A stretch of 59,186 nt of DNA, counting the filler, from Sphacelaria rigidula (taxonomy: Eukaryota): the NCBI GenBank assembly GCA_964200075.2. It is 10 parts of 10 records of this genome, joined end to end, with 100 filler letters (N's around TTAATTAATTAA, not from the genome) between each part and the next. Parts side by side here need not be neighbours in the genome. Positions count along the whole stretch, not along the records: positions 35,575 to 41,402 come from CAXNAA020024144.1; positions 41,503 to 47,330 come from CAXNAA020024145.1; positions 47,431 to 53,258 come from CAXNAA020024146.1; 7 more parts are not named here. One strand, written 5' to 3'. Positions within the stretch are counted from its first letter, which is position 1; every line of letters begins with the position of its first letter. The position numbers and the translations under genes were made by a program. The notes under the pieces were generated by a model. It made no database searches. It saw only the letters and a program-made list of their open reading frames with translations, and was not told the origin of the DNA. Positions 37,382 through 49,233 of this stretch are shown piece by piece.

Positions 37382-38800
37382 TCATGGGTCATGGCGATCC
37401 GTTATGAAAGAACCAGGGTTTCTGGCATTGGGATTAGAGTGGTTGCTAGTCGGCCTGGTTTGCTGGTGATGACCATGCGGAGACTGAGAAGGGCGGAAAG
37501 CACTATCTCTATGGCGAGTACCTGAGACTGTGTTAGTGGTGTGGCGGCGGTCGCGATTCGAGCGAGAGTCGCTATGAGTTTGGTAAGGCTGGCGAGGGTG
37601 GCGAGAAGGTGGAGTGTACTCGCGCATGCGTTTTTGCCATCGGCGCCACGCCTGCCTGTTGCTCTGAAGTTCAGGGATCATGAGCGAAAAAATATTGATG
37701 CAAGGTTCAGGACAATCTTGCATACTGTGGCCAGTACCATTGCAGTTAATGGATGTGTTAGCATGGCGACGGAAAGCATCCCTGCGAGCCGAAGGCGATA
37801 GCAAGGGGGTCCACAAATATGGGTAATCGGTGATGAAAGCAGTCGTGGAAACGACATAAACGTCATCAAACGTATCTGCCGAAAAAGGCCAAGCACCGAA
37901 GCTTGCACGGAACGGGTCTCTTTTGTTACGAACAGGCATGAACGATCCACCAACAGAGTTTGGTGTCCAAGTATTATTGGACAAGGTCTGAGTGCGTCCA
38001 CGAGGCCCGGAGGTACTCGTTGAAGCGACACGCAAGGTCTGCGAAGACCCGGAAGAACACTGTGCGCCACGAATGGCAGGCGTTAAATTATGGTCCTGAT
38101 CTACAAATGCATTCCACATCGCGTCTACGGAGGCATAAGGCACTTCTTTGTGCGTCAAAGCGCCCGGAAACAAAGACGGCATCAGCGTCGGAAATTGCTG
38201 AGCGATACTATTGCGAACGTATGTTTGACACATAGCATCACTGGGGCCATTCTGTCGCCTGGTACCAGTCACACTCGACACCAAAAGCTTGAATTCGCGG
38301 AGGTAGTCAGCAAAGGGCACGTCTGTCGCGACGGCGAAGGAAGTGAGGCGCTTGATGGCGTCTGCCTGATCAGACTTATCGAGATACCCTATGAAACGCC
38401 TTTCCAAATTGCTGAATAATAATGGCGCTGGTTGCCCGCGGGCACGATCTTGGTCCGCGGCGGCGAAGAAGGAATCGAGAATCTGCGTCGAAGAGGCAAC
38501 CACGTCAGGGGAGCGACGGCTGATTGGGCGGTGCAAAGCCTTATGCAGCGGTGTTTGCCAGCCATCGATCCAGTCAGAGTCTTCGAAGCGCTGTTGACCA
38601 GTTGCATCGGCCAACTCAAGAATATTGCGCATCGTTCAACGCATAGAGGAAATGAGAGCGGACGTAAACTGACCAGAGCCCTCATTGTCTGCAGCAGGCA
38701 TGGTTTTGATATGCCATAATTTCTTAACATCCATCGCAAGTATTCGCGCTTGATCGCGGCGAAGCTTCTCTACGAGTATCAGCAGCGGCTTTGTCAGCGG
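37382..38800 (-). pseudogene. Gypsy gag (capsid-like region and zinc knuckle); open 37382-38632, extends upstream through a stop
   Basis: FADYLREFKLLVS (major-homology-region-like) and SINCNGTGHSMQDC (CCHC knuckle with the first C changed to S); lies directly upstream of the protease. Confidence 0.8.
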
Positions 38801-39053
38801 CAGCTTGTTGTTTAGCGGCAGCGGCGGCAGCTAGTGACCGAGTCGAGTTGGAAGACAATGGGCGAGCCGAATGATCACTATCACTATCCGTGAGACCAAA
38901 GATGCGAGCAGACGCATCAGGTAAAGGAGGCGTTACTTGCCTGACGGCCGATCAGGGCCGGTCGTACCGCGTTGAGGCATGGTGGCGGTGTCGTGCAGTC
39001 GACGAATCCGAAGACTGGTTGCCAGCCCATTTGTGAGTGCCGCGGATCGATCG

Positions 39054-41350
39054 TCAATTGTTGTTGTTAGTGCGGTGGGTCCCGTGCCCACGGCGTGGTG
39101 CAGCACCTGAAGGGTCGTCGTCAGAGTCGTCTACGTCACGACGATGGCGAGGGGGGTGCGGGGTGATCCAAGCTCCATCATCATCGGGCGGCAGTGTGTT
39201 GCGGGCTGCCCGCATGGCGGCAAAGAGGGCGGCGACGGCGGTCTCATAATTAGAACGAGCGTCCCCGGCACCAATCGTGAGGTAAAACACGATCCGTTCG
39301 ATGGTGAGAGCACGGGGGTCGTTGTGCGGGAGCTGTCCACCTTGTTGGAGGAAGGGGACGATCACACCGTTGACGGGCAGGATGAGGGAGTTCCAAGCCT
39401 GCTCAGAGGCGCGAAGGACGTTGTTGCAGGTGTATTCTTCCGAAAGTTGGCGGAGCGTCCAGCCGAACCAAGCACGTTCGCTGCTCTGCAGGTGCAGCCC
39501 GGGCGTGGCGGCGGGGGGCGCCAAAGCCCGAGGGACCTGCAGTGGTGCAGGCGGGGGAAGCGGGAGCGAGGCCGCAGAAGCCGCGGCAGTAGCGCGTAAG
39601 CGCGAAGGCTGGCGGTCTGCTCGAGAGCCAGGAATGGCGGCGGCAGATGCAGGCTCTACAGGCGTGGTCCGGAGCAGAGGAAGCCGTAGTCGCAGTTTCG
39701 GTCGCGGTCTCGCATTGACGCAAACGATGTTCATCGCGGCGTACGGAATCCTGTACCTGACCGAGCGTAGCGAGGCGTTCATTGAGGGTACGTTGAGCCG
39801 CCCGCTGGCGGCTGGATGCCGAATCAACGACCTGGCGTTGGCGCACCAGTCGTTCCGCGAGGTCATCCGGAATAAGACGGGGAGCAGCGTTGTCCACCGG
39901 TTGTCGGGATGAAGGTGGCGCCAGGGCCGTGGCCGGTTCGAAAGCTTGATATTCAGCCAGAACTTGTTCCTAGTCTGCTCGGGCGCCACGAAGCCAGAGC
40001 CGGAGCGGAAGGCCCGATGGGCAATGCTCGACGCCTTACAGGGGGCGATCGTCCGTGTTGGGCTCGGGGGCAGGCGCCGGAGCCGAGCCCGCGGCAGTAG
40101 AATTTGGCGGCGAAGGGCCGATGTCGCCGAGGCGGCCGTGGCAGGGGTGCGGCCCTGATCCGCCGTGGTGAAATCCGTTGGAGCCGCCGCGCGGGGAGCG
40201 GGAGGCGTGACACGGGTGCTCTCGGCATCCGTATCGATGTCGGCTGCTGTGGAAGGGGCAGGGGCTACGATGGGTGCAGTAGTCGAAGGTGCAGGGGCAT
40301 TGGCCATAGTTGCAGCGGAGCGTAAGTAGCGACGAAGATCTGCAATTTGTTGTTCGACAGAACGCACAGTGGCAGCATCGGGATGAGGCGGAAGGGCACG
40401 GTGAGTGCTATGTCTGCTGCGCAAAGGTGCGTGAATATTAGCCAACGAAGGATCAACGGGCAGACGTGAGCTCACGTGTGTCTGATCGACAGATTTAGGC
40501 CGTGAGGATACCGTGGCTGAAGATAGTCCTGATAATAGAGCACGTACATCATGGGCATGGGTGGTGGTATCACCGTGGTGAACAAGGTCGTCATGATCCA
40601 AATCAAAATCAGAAGCAACATCTGAGGTTGAACGTACATCATCAGGGTCTGCAGCCAGTGGTGCAGAGGCTCGATGGTTTATATTACTGTCAAAGTGAAC
40701 ATGATCAGAAGACGTTGAATGCCTAATGGCTGTGTGGAACGCGGTTGCAAGCGCTTGTGAAAGGACAGTTGTCGCCGAACCGTCAGAAATGGCAGCCGGT
40801 GATGAACGAAGCAAGTGCTCAAGAGCCGTTACTAAAGGCAAGTGCTCTGCGGAAGGCGCTTCGGAGCGGTCAAGACGCGAGGAGGATGGTCGGCGCGAGG
40901 TGCGGTGAACAGAAGTGTCCTCACGATACATGTCTTGTCGGCGCTGGCGCTGGGAGGCGGCGTAACCCTCAACACCGCGAGCGCGGGATGAGTCAATAAC
41001 CGTGGTAGGAGCCTGAAACCGTTGGCGTTCCACAACAGTGGCGACGCGTGGCGACTCATCAGACATATGGGATCCCCGAGACTGAGCCTGTTGCACAACA
41101 GAACGAGCGCGTAGCGACTCGTCGACCATGTTGGAAGTCTTGGACAGTGTAGGTTCCGCGACAGAGCGAGCGCGGAGCTACTCGTCGATAATGCCGGGAG
41201 TCTTGGACAGTGCACAGTCCACGACAGAGCGAGCGCGTAGCGACTCGTCGATAATGTCGGGAGTCTTGAACGGTGTGAGGTTCGCAACAGAGCGAGCGCG
41301 GAGCGTCTCGTCGATAATGTTGGAAGTCTTGGGCAGATGGCGGTCGTGGT
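39054..41350 (-). pseudogene. Long low-complexity ORF upstream of gag (extra ORF or N-terminal gag extension)
   Basis: 691-aa ORF on the same strand as gag/pol; continues upstream past one TAG through 21-aa repeats; probable internal frameshifts. Confidence 0.55.
41098..41335. repeat. 63-bp tandem repeat, about 4 copies (21-aa IIDESLRARSV repeat on the minus strand)
   Basis: acagagcgagcgcg..gc..ctcgtcgataatg..gg.agtcttg at ~41098, 41161, 41224 and 41287. Confidence 0.9.
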
Positions 41351-44300
41351 CACCAGAGTCATCCTACGATGGGGGGGGGGGGGGGGGGGGGGGTGGTTGT
41401 AANNNNNNNNNNNNNNNNNNNNNNNNNNNNNNNNNNNNNNNNNNNNTTAATTAATTAANNNNNNNNNNNNNNNNNNNNNNNNNNNNNNNNNNNNNNNNNN
41501 NNCCCTTGCTAAGTGGGGGGAAAATATGTCCCCCAACTACCCCCCCCCCCCCCCCCTATGAGCCTCTTTGTATGTTCTTCGACAAGAAGAGAGTTGTACA
41601 AGCATACCAAGTCTTTTATGCGATTTCAAGCGGCGAGAATATTTGTTGTGGATTTGAATCAGAGCCATCCTGCGGGGGGGGGGGCACTTCTTCCACGAAG
41701 GATCCACTTTGGAGTCAATCTACGGCAGGAAGGAGAGTGTTTTGGGCTTCTTCTTGCGCAAAGCAGTCGCTTTGAAGCGTTGTTGCAAGCAGCGAAGTAC
41801 GTAACAACACTCTTATTACCAACAGCACATACCTGTCTACACGATAAGATCCCCTTGTTTCGCTGAACGCAATACCCCGCCCCCCCGCTACCGTAGGATT
41901 GCTCATCACCAGGCGCCAGGATCGGGCTGATATAATATTTGCAATCGCGATATATCGATATGTCAAGCATAATCTGCCAACTTTTCGAGGCTGTGTTTTG
42001 GGGTTCGGTATGGTTTGAAATTTCGTGCAAAATCTGCAGAACAGTCGGGTATCTGCATGGAATTCTTACAGAACGCACATAACTCAAAGCTACATAGCTA
42101 CAATACGTCGTGAAACTCGAACGATTCAGAGCAGTGGATAGCAAATTCGAAATCGAACGCTTCTGTTTATGTTTTTGATTGCACATCTCATCAACGTTTC
42201 TGCATGGTCCCAGGCCTTGGGAATCGAGAGGAGAAAAATATGGAATATATGGCCATTTATTTTGTGAACGAGATATGGTCTCACCGGTCTTTATGGGTCC
42301 CACGAGTGTACAGCCCCCGGTGCTCGCTCTTCAATATTTTCGTTCGAGCGAACCGATCCGGATCGTCATAATGTACAAATGATTCCATGACTTGAGTTTC
42401 TCTCCTCCCTTGATATTTATTGCGCTACGGCCGAACAACCACCGTATTTTGGGGACCATGCGCAGTCAACAGCACCTCCTCGACAAACTGGGTTTTGCGC
42501 TGTACATCACGAAATGGCGAAATGTGTCCTCATGACGACCTGCTTCTGTTCCAACGCCCACCGTCTCTCAAATTCTCGAGTAAAGGTGACACATCGTCTA
42601 TGATGAAATACAGATCAAGTCAATACTATCAAGTTTGGCAAACACCCTGCTCTTTACACAACATACAATAACCCGAATTCGGCGCGCACGTGGGGAGTCT
42701 CAGTACTGTCAACTATGTTGCCAGACTCAGTCAGATCTTCGCGGCTGAAATGGGTTCGACGGATTATCGATCCCTTCTCCGGACGGCGGAGTTCTGACGG
42801 ATGCCAAAAGGACAGTTGTTCAAGGCGAGTCAGAATATTCGTTTTTGATGTGGAAGAACGGTCATGGTATTGTAACACATATGCCACGCGTCATGTTTAT
42901 TCGTGCGGAAGTCTTCGGGCATTCTTGCTCCTGTCATGGCGATAGCTGTGCGCCTTTTCCCACGTGTCTCTTGCGTGGATTGGAGTGCCAAGCCACCAGT
43001 CTTCTCAGAGGACTTCTCCGTGCGTCCGTGAACCCCGCTTGCTTACTTTTCACCCACCAGTTCTCTCGTTTCACACCAAATTTACGTCATGTTTTCAGTA
43101 CCCTCTCAACTCCGGAGGATAAGTTCGACTTTGTCGTGGGGGGCACGAGTCGAACCCGAAAGCCGGATATCCTGCTTATGGAGCATACAGAGTCATCTGA
43201 TCCGCGTTCGTTTTATTTTTTGGTTGCACTTTACGAGATAGGTGCACCAACGGCAGGAGCTAATCATTCATACAAACAAAGATCCAAGATGATCTCGTGT
43301 ACGTCCTCAGGTGCACGCCGCATCTAAAGCTGTCACAGTCAAGGCACCACAGAGACACGGCCAATTTCAAGATACTTCCCCCCCCCCCAAAAAAAAAAAA
43401 ATTGACGTTCCCGACTGTTGCATCGCTTGTACATTTATTCGTCCTATGATGACATGGGATAAATGTCTGTCGTAGCTGCACGACGCATCCACCCCGGAGA
43501 GGAATCCCGCAATCCAAAATTTTACGAAGGAACAGTTGCAAGATGACAAGCAAGTCACAATGCTCACAGCCCAGTGAACATATCTCCCACGAGAGTGTGT
43601 GTCTTCTGCCTCAATGATGCACAGATCCGGGAGAAAACGCTGCACCATTGACTATCCTCGCCACTTTTGAAAGTAGATGAAAAAACAAAACGGGGGGACA
43701 ACACGGATGACTCTTTTTCCAAACTCGATTCCAACGCAGGAACTCAAATCGGCCAGGTCGAGTATTGGGGAACGACACTCAACTCCAGACAGTACCACCC
43801 GTCGCACAAGGATAATTCACATTTCCTTTTCGCACGCGTTGCCCTCGGTATCATTGACATCACGGGCGATTTCTGACAAATAGCTCTTTCGAAAATATTC
43901 GCAGTCCGGTATATGCCCTCTGTTTATTTACGGTAGGTTGATGAAGCGGCACGTGCCCGAAATGATTCTTGTTTCACGGTCATCGTCACGATGAAGGTTC
44001 CCGCGGGCCTAGTGACAGCTGCTCCAATAGTAGCTCGGCATCACGACCCTTTGCACCGACCACAATGCAGTAATGGCGCTGCACGGTGCATCCAAAACGT
44101 GGTAGGGCCGATGAGAAGGGAGGGGGGTGAGGGGATGAGGGGGGAAGGCATCGAAATCAATGAATCGCCCTGCATCCTGCTCACTGCACGCCAGTACCGT
44201 CGGTTGTGACGTTCGGGCAACCTCGCAGGCAAAGCGAATCTCGGTGAAGCTCCATGTCTGAGACTGGGGGATAATAAGTCTCTTTCAAGCCTCAACTATA

Positions 44301-44984
44301 GAATGCGCCCACACTGTATAAGATGGTCACTCATTCATCGCCACTCACCAGTAGTGAAACTGGTACGAATAATGTTTTCGTGAGATTGAGAGTAGAAGAT
44401 ACGATTGAGAGTGAAAAGCGGTCAATTAGTGAATGAATCGTTTCAGTTCCGAAAAGCCTCCCCCACGAGGCTCGATATACTTTCTGTAGTACGGTAGCTT
44501 GCCACTGAGGCCCTCGATATCCCTGAGTACGATATCGACGCGTAGCTGTAAGCACACACTAGTGGTGGAGGAAAATAGAACCACACACGGGAGGAAAAAA
44601 TGGCTAAGTTAAAGCGAATGATCGAAGGCACTCTCAAACAGCGCTCTACTCTCAACCTCACGAATACGCTGTTTACTGTAGTCGACGCTACCTCGAGAGG
44701 ATCTCGTGTGTTCAAATTCCTCGAGGTGAGCTTCTCCAGATTGTTCCGCTGTCGCAATACGTGACAACCAGAGTTGACAAAAAAAATCGGTGCGCTTTGA
44801 CGTGCTGTCACTGGTTCCATACTCGATAATGAACAAAAGCGGGTGCGAGAGGAGGGGGGAGAGAGGGAGCCGGGCGATGTGTTGGCCATGTGAGACTACG
44901 GACTCGTCCTTAGCTCAACGAAGGAGCTCAACCATCAACCGGATGTATGAAAACTAGTCTTGAACTTCTCGCAGGAGCTCTGCG

Positions 44985-45185
44985 GTGACGCCATAATACC
45001 ATCGACCTCGCATCAAGCCGGGACGGAACACGCCGGGGTTTCGCCGGACCAGGCTGCGGGGTGGGTGGGGTGGGTATACTCATGATATTACATGCCGTAG
45101 TCATATGATCATTGACCCCGCATCCCTGTAAGGCGGGACGGAGCATGCCGGATTTTCGTCGGACCACGCTGCGGGGGAGGGGGGC
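44985..45185. repeat. Two diverged ~100-110-bp units adjoining the LINE 3' end
   Basis: cgcatc...cgggacgga(a/g)ca(c/t)gccgg..tttcg(c/t)cggacca repeated; third copy at 46515-46620. Confidence 0.7.
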
Positions 45186-45189
45186 ACTC

Positions 45190-46470
45190 ACTTTTTGCTC
45201 TCCTTAGTCGTTCGATTATTGACCACGCATCCCTTTCGAGACAGAGCACCGTTTCTAACCCTAATAGAGACACCTGCAACACTTCGGTGACTATTACTTC
45301 CTCCAGGTATTACACAAAAACGTTTTACATATCTCATCCTCGTCCTGTTTCGCCGTCTGTGGCCACCATTTATCTCCTCGTATAACCATCGTTTTCTCGC
45401 TACTGTCTAAAGTCCCTAACGATTCCATGCTACCTTCGTTTATTTCGCGCATTTCCCCCTCTAGCACGTCCCAGTCTTCCTTGAATAGTTAACATTCTCG
45501 CACTATATGGATTCTACTCTCTATTGCTTCACCACAGGGACAAATATGCGCATCTTCTTTCTCTACTGGTCACCTCTTTCTTCTCTCTGGCAGGTCCAGG
45601 TCCCCCACCCGGAATCGCAATTCCATTTTTTTCGCGGAGTCCACTGGGCCATGCAGATACGTTTTCACCCTTATCCCCTCTCTCAACCCCCCCGTATACC
45701 TTAAGGTGCTCTTCCGCGTTAACTTTTCGTCTGAGCGCTCCTTTTCCCCTTATTTCCATTATGTCTCTTACTTTTGTCTTGTACCCCCCGTCTTCACCTA
45801 CGGAAATTATCTCGTCTTGGTTCCCTCCTATCTCCTTTCATACGTCCTCGGCCACTCCATCCCACCTCATTCCAGCCTGCCCTTTCGTCATATTCTCCCA
45901 TACAGCCCTATCAACTATTGCTTGCAATGTCTTCCCCTGGATGTTGTTCACGCTATATTGGCATTTCAATTTTCTCACAGCTCTGTTTGAAGTGGGCACA
46001 TTCCACATTCTGCTCCCAGTGAATTGCTCGTCGGTTTTGACCATCCAGGTATTTTCTTGGGTGCCGTCATTTTGTACGGTTTCCAATTTCTTGATCAGCT
46101 TCGCGTTCCTCCCCCATACTTCTGCATATTCCAGCTTTAGTACGAGCACATCAATCGAAATACATATTGTAATCCTGGTATCTAGGTGGGGGTCTCTGAG
46201 GACCCCGTCTATCCTGCCCATCTGTGCCTTACCCTTTTCTATTAGTAAACTAATGTCTGCATCGCAAACAATTTCTTCAGGTCTCCACGCGCCAAGCTAT
46301 GTATACTGATCTACAATCGGCAGCTCCTCTTCTTCCCACTTCCATTTGAACCCTACCGGGTTTTCTTATCTTCGTTACGTACAAGTACCACGCACTTGTT
46401 TACGTTCGCTGTCATGCCTCATTTCCTAGTGTATGTATTCTAGCGCGTTCTCTATTTGTTTCTGCGATCC
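45190..46470 (-). mobile_element. Second 5'-truncated degenerate LINE copy (same family as 26540-28375)
   Basis: RDPHLDTRI...LEYAEVW..NAK..KKLETVQ...DRAVWENMTKGQAGMRWD...EEHLKVYGG; collinear with copy 1. Confidence 0.9.
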
Positions 46471-46499
46471 TTCTCGTGTTTCGCGGGGAGAGGGGCGGG

Positions 46500-46840
46500 G
46501 AGGGGCGGGGGGGGGGTGTACTCATGATTATGCATGCCATAGTCACAAGACCATTAACCTCGCATCCCTACAATGCCGGGACGGAGCACGCCGGGTTTTC
46601 GCCGGACCAGGCTCGCACTCAGTCACCAAGCGCAAAGCGGCGTGATGTGTTCGGCGTGTCGCATGGTTGGTGACCTGCATCCTGGTAAGATTGTTCGGTC
46701 CAGAGCGTGCTGATTATCTTGCATTTGGATGACAGCCTACAATGAGCTGCTTGATTTTCTGGTATCGCCACTTCCAAAGACAGTCACGGCTTTTACACTG
46801 CCTCATGGGTGTCTCACCATGAGGGGGGGGAAGGGGGGGC
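46500..46840. repeat. Dispersed repeat bounded by G-runs; parts match 1-90, 29470-29545 and 44985-45185
   Basis: Direct sequence matches seen by eye. Confidence 0.65.
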
Positions 46841-49233
46841 GTTCAAGTCAGTCACGCAGTGCCTCGCTCGATATAGATATGCAATTCCAGTGAGTGACAT
46901 GGCCGTTGGGAGACTAACAAAGAGAAACCTATGACATTTTTACCGTGGGGTAAGTGAAAAGTGAGGGCTGGAGGGTCAGAACTCAAATCCCGACAATATT
47001 TTTTCTTGAAATAATCTGGTCCACGCTGTTACCAATACATTATGACATGAGCAGCAAAGGAACATTGATCACGAGTCAGTGCGGTTCGGGAGGGGGTGAT
47101 GCAATCTCTGACACAAAAAATGTTGGGCAGAATTATACAGGGAGAGACACGAGTTGATCCGTCAACACCACGGAGTCGTCCCGAGGAAGAGGAAACGCAA
47201 TTGAAATATTGCAAGGGCCGGACAAATCAATGTTTCGTCTGGAAATTACTTGGTTTCAGTGTAATTGATTCGAATCGTACGAATCAATCCCTAGGCTTTG
47301 TTTTCAGCAGTGCAACCCAGGTACACGCAGNNNNNNNNNNNNNNNNNNNNNNNNNNNNNNNNNNNNNNNNNNNNTTAATTAATTAANNNNNNNNNNNNNN
47401 NNNNNNNNNNNNNNNNNNNNNNNNNNNNNNCATTCGGCTCTTTTCCCGCTCATTCGCCGTTCACGGTCGCTACAACGACCACGCCCCTTTCTCCCCGAAA
47501 ACGGCTCCCGAGTCTCTCCGCATCGACAAAATAACTGGACTCATAACTCACAACGCGTCGGTCTTTTGTGATACCGGGGTTTATGAAACACCTTACTGTT
47601 CCGATCTCGGGGCTGGTTTCACGCGGTCAAGCTAGGCTCTTCCGTTACGAACGGGCGGTTGTCACGTCATCGATGGTGGGTTTAAGCAAGGGATATGCCT
47701 TGTAACTGAAAGCTGCACAGAAAAGCACGAGGACTACGGTAGAGTTTGGTATTTCGTTTGATTAGACCTTGTCGGATCGGAGTGCTACGTGGATTTGAAG
47801 ACAGGCACTGAGTTGCCGATTACCACGATGTGTCATAGTAGTAGGCTAGTTTACCGGAGTTGGGCACAAATGTTCATGGTCGACACATTTTACAAGCATC
47901 GCTACCCCTACCCCTACACCCAGAACCCTAACTCCAACCCATCGCGAACCGAAACCCTCGGACAAGGGCGGCACATAACATTCCCTTGGCAAAGTGTGGC
48001 CTTTGTAGACCCCAAATCAGCTCCTGTGGCGTCGGTTTCGACGAAAACTGCGCACACGAGGAGCACACGGGACCGTCAGCCGTACTTGAAATCCGATTCT
48101 CGTTGTGCATACTCTAATCAAGTAATATCAACGATGGACATTTGTAGACCAACGCTGGTTATCTCTCCTGGCACAACTCGGAATACATCGTCAGTTCGAA
48201 CGAGCTGAAGAAAAGTGAGCTTCTTAGGCGGCCCAACCGCTACTACATTATGGTGACAGCAGAGGAGGAGGGAAGAAGATGGGTGTCATGATGTTCGGGT
48301 TAATTGAGCAGTTTGAAGTGCTACCAGGGACGATTCACGCGGGCTCGGCGGGGTGTGCGTGCGTTCAGCGACTTACGCCCATTAGAGTTTTGTTCCTGTT
48401 TCTACAGTATATGCCTAACCACCAGTACTGTACCGTGCACCGTTGCATGGCTATCAATTGAGCAGTGACCAAACCCAACGTTTTCATCCTGGACTTGATC
48501 ACCCAGTTTTACATGCATCCGGTACTAACATATTCAACCGAAGCCCTTCTCTTCGGGGGAAAGGAAGTCATGTAGTGCAGTTTCTAACGCATCAAGAGCC
48601 GAACTATCTTCTGGTATGGTATTCGCTGTCCCTTCGCCTGTTCAGTGGAGGACGCGAAATTCAAAGCCACACACTCAAGCACCCCCCAACTGCTCAAGTG
48701 CCCGGCTAACCACCCTACCGAGTTCCGCAAAAACTACAGTACCCGGTTTCCTTTTATTTGATGAGCGTAATTATTCCTTGAAGGGTCGCAACCGCAAAAG
48801 AACCCATGCTTTCCGTCGCTTAACAGGTTGGAATGGAACCCCAAGTGACAGCGACTCAGATGGTGCGCCAAGAGCGTGACCTGGGTTCGACTGTCCGAGA
48901 ACTCATTTCAATAGCTCCTGGAGCTGCTGACCCTTTCGTGCGCTATACGCGTCACCCTAGGCGGGCTCCTCCAGATGATCATGTAGATAACCCTGATGTA
49001 GCAAGCGCACGTGAACTCCAAGGAGGAGATTGCGTGTGGGCTCAGACAGATGAAAACCTTAGAGTGGAACAGGCCGGCACTCCCTAGATTTTGAACAGAT
49101 AGTTACTGCTCCCTGACCACCCCTCGGGCACTGCGTTAGAACCCATTTCCGATGAAGCGTTGCCGTCTGTAGGGACAGAGGCTTCGCCGACTCGTGGACG
49201 TTCGCATCCTAGTCATAAAGAGGCACCTCGATC

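Noticed and set aside
41700..44900. Possible decayed coding region (viral or TE) in contig 8
   Set aside because: Only short ORFs with no motif I can recognise; a frameshift-aware search is needed
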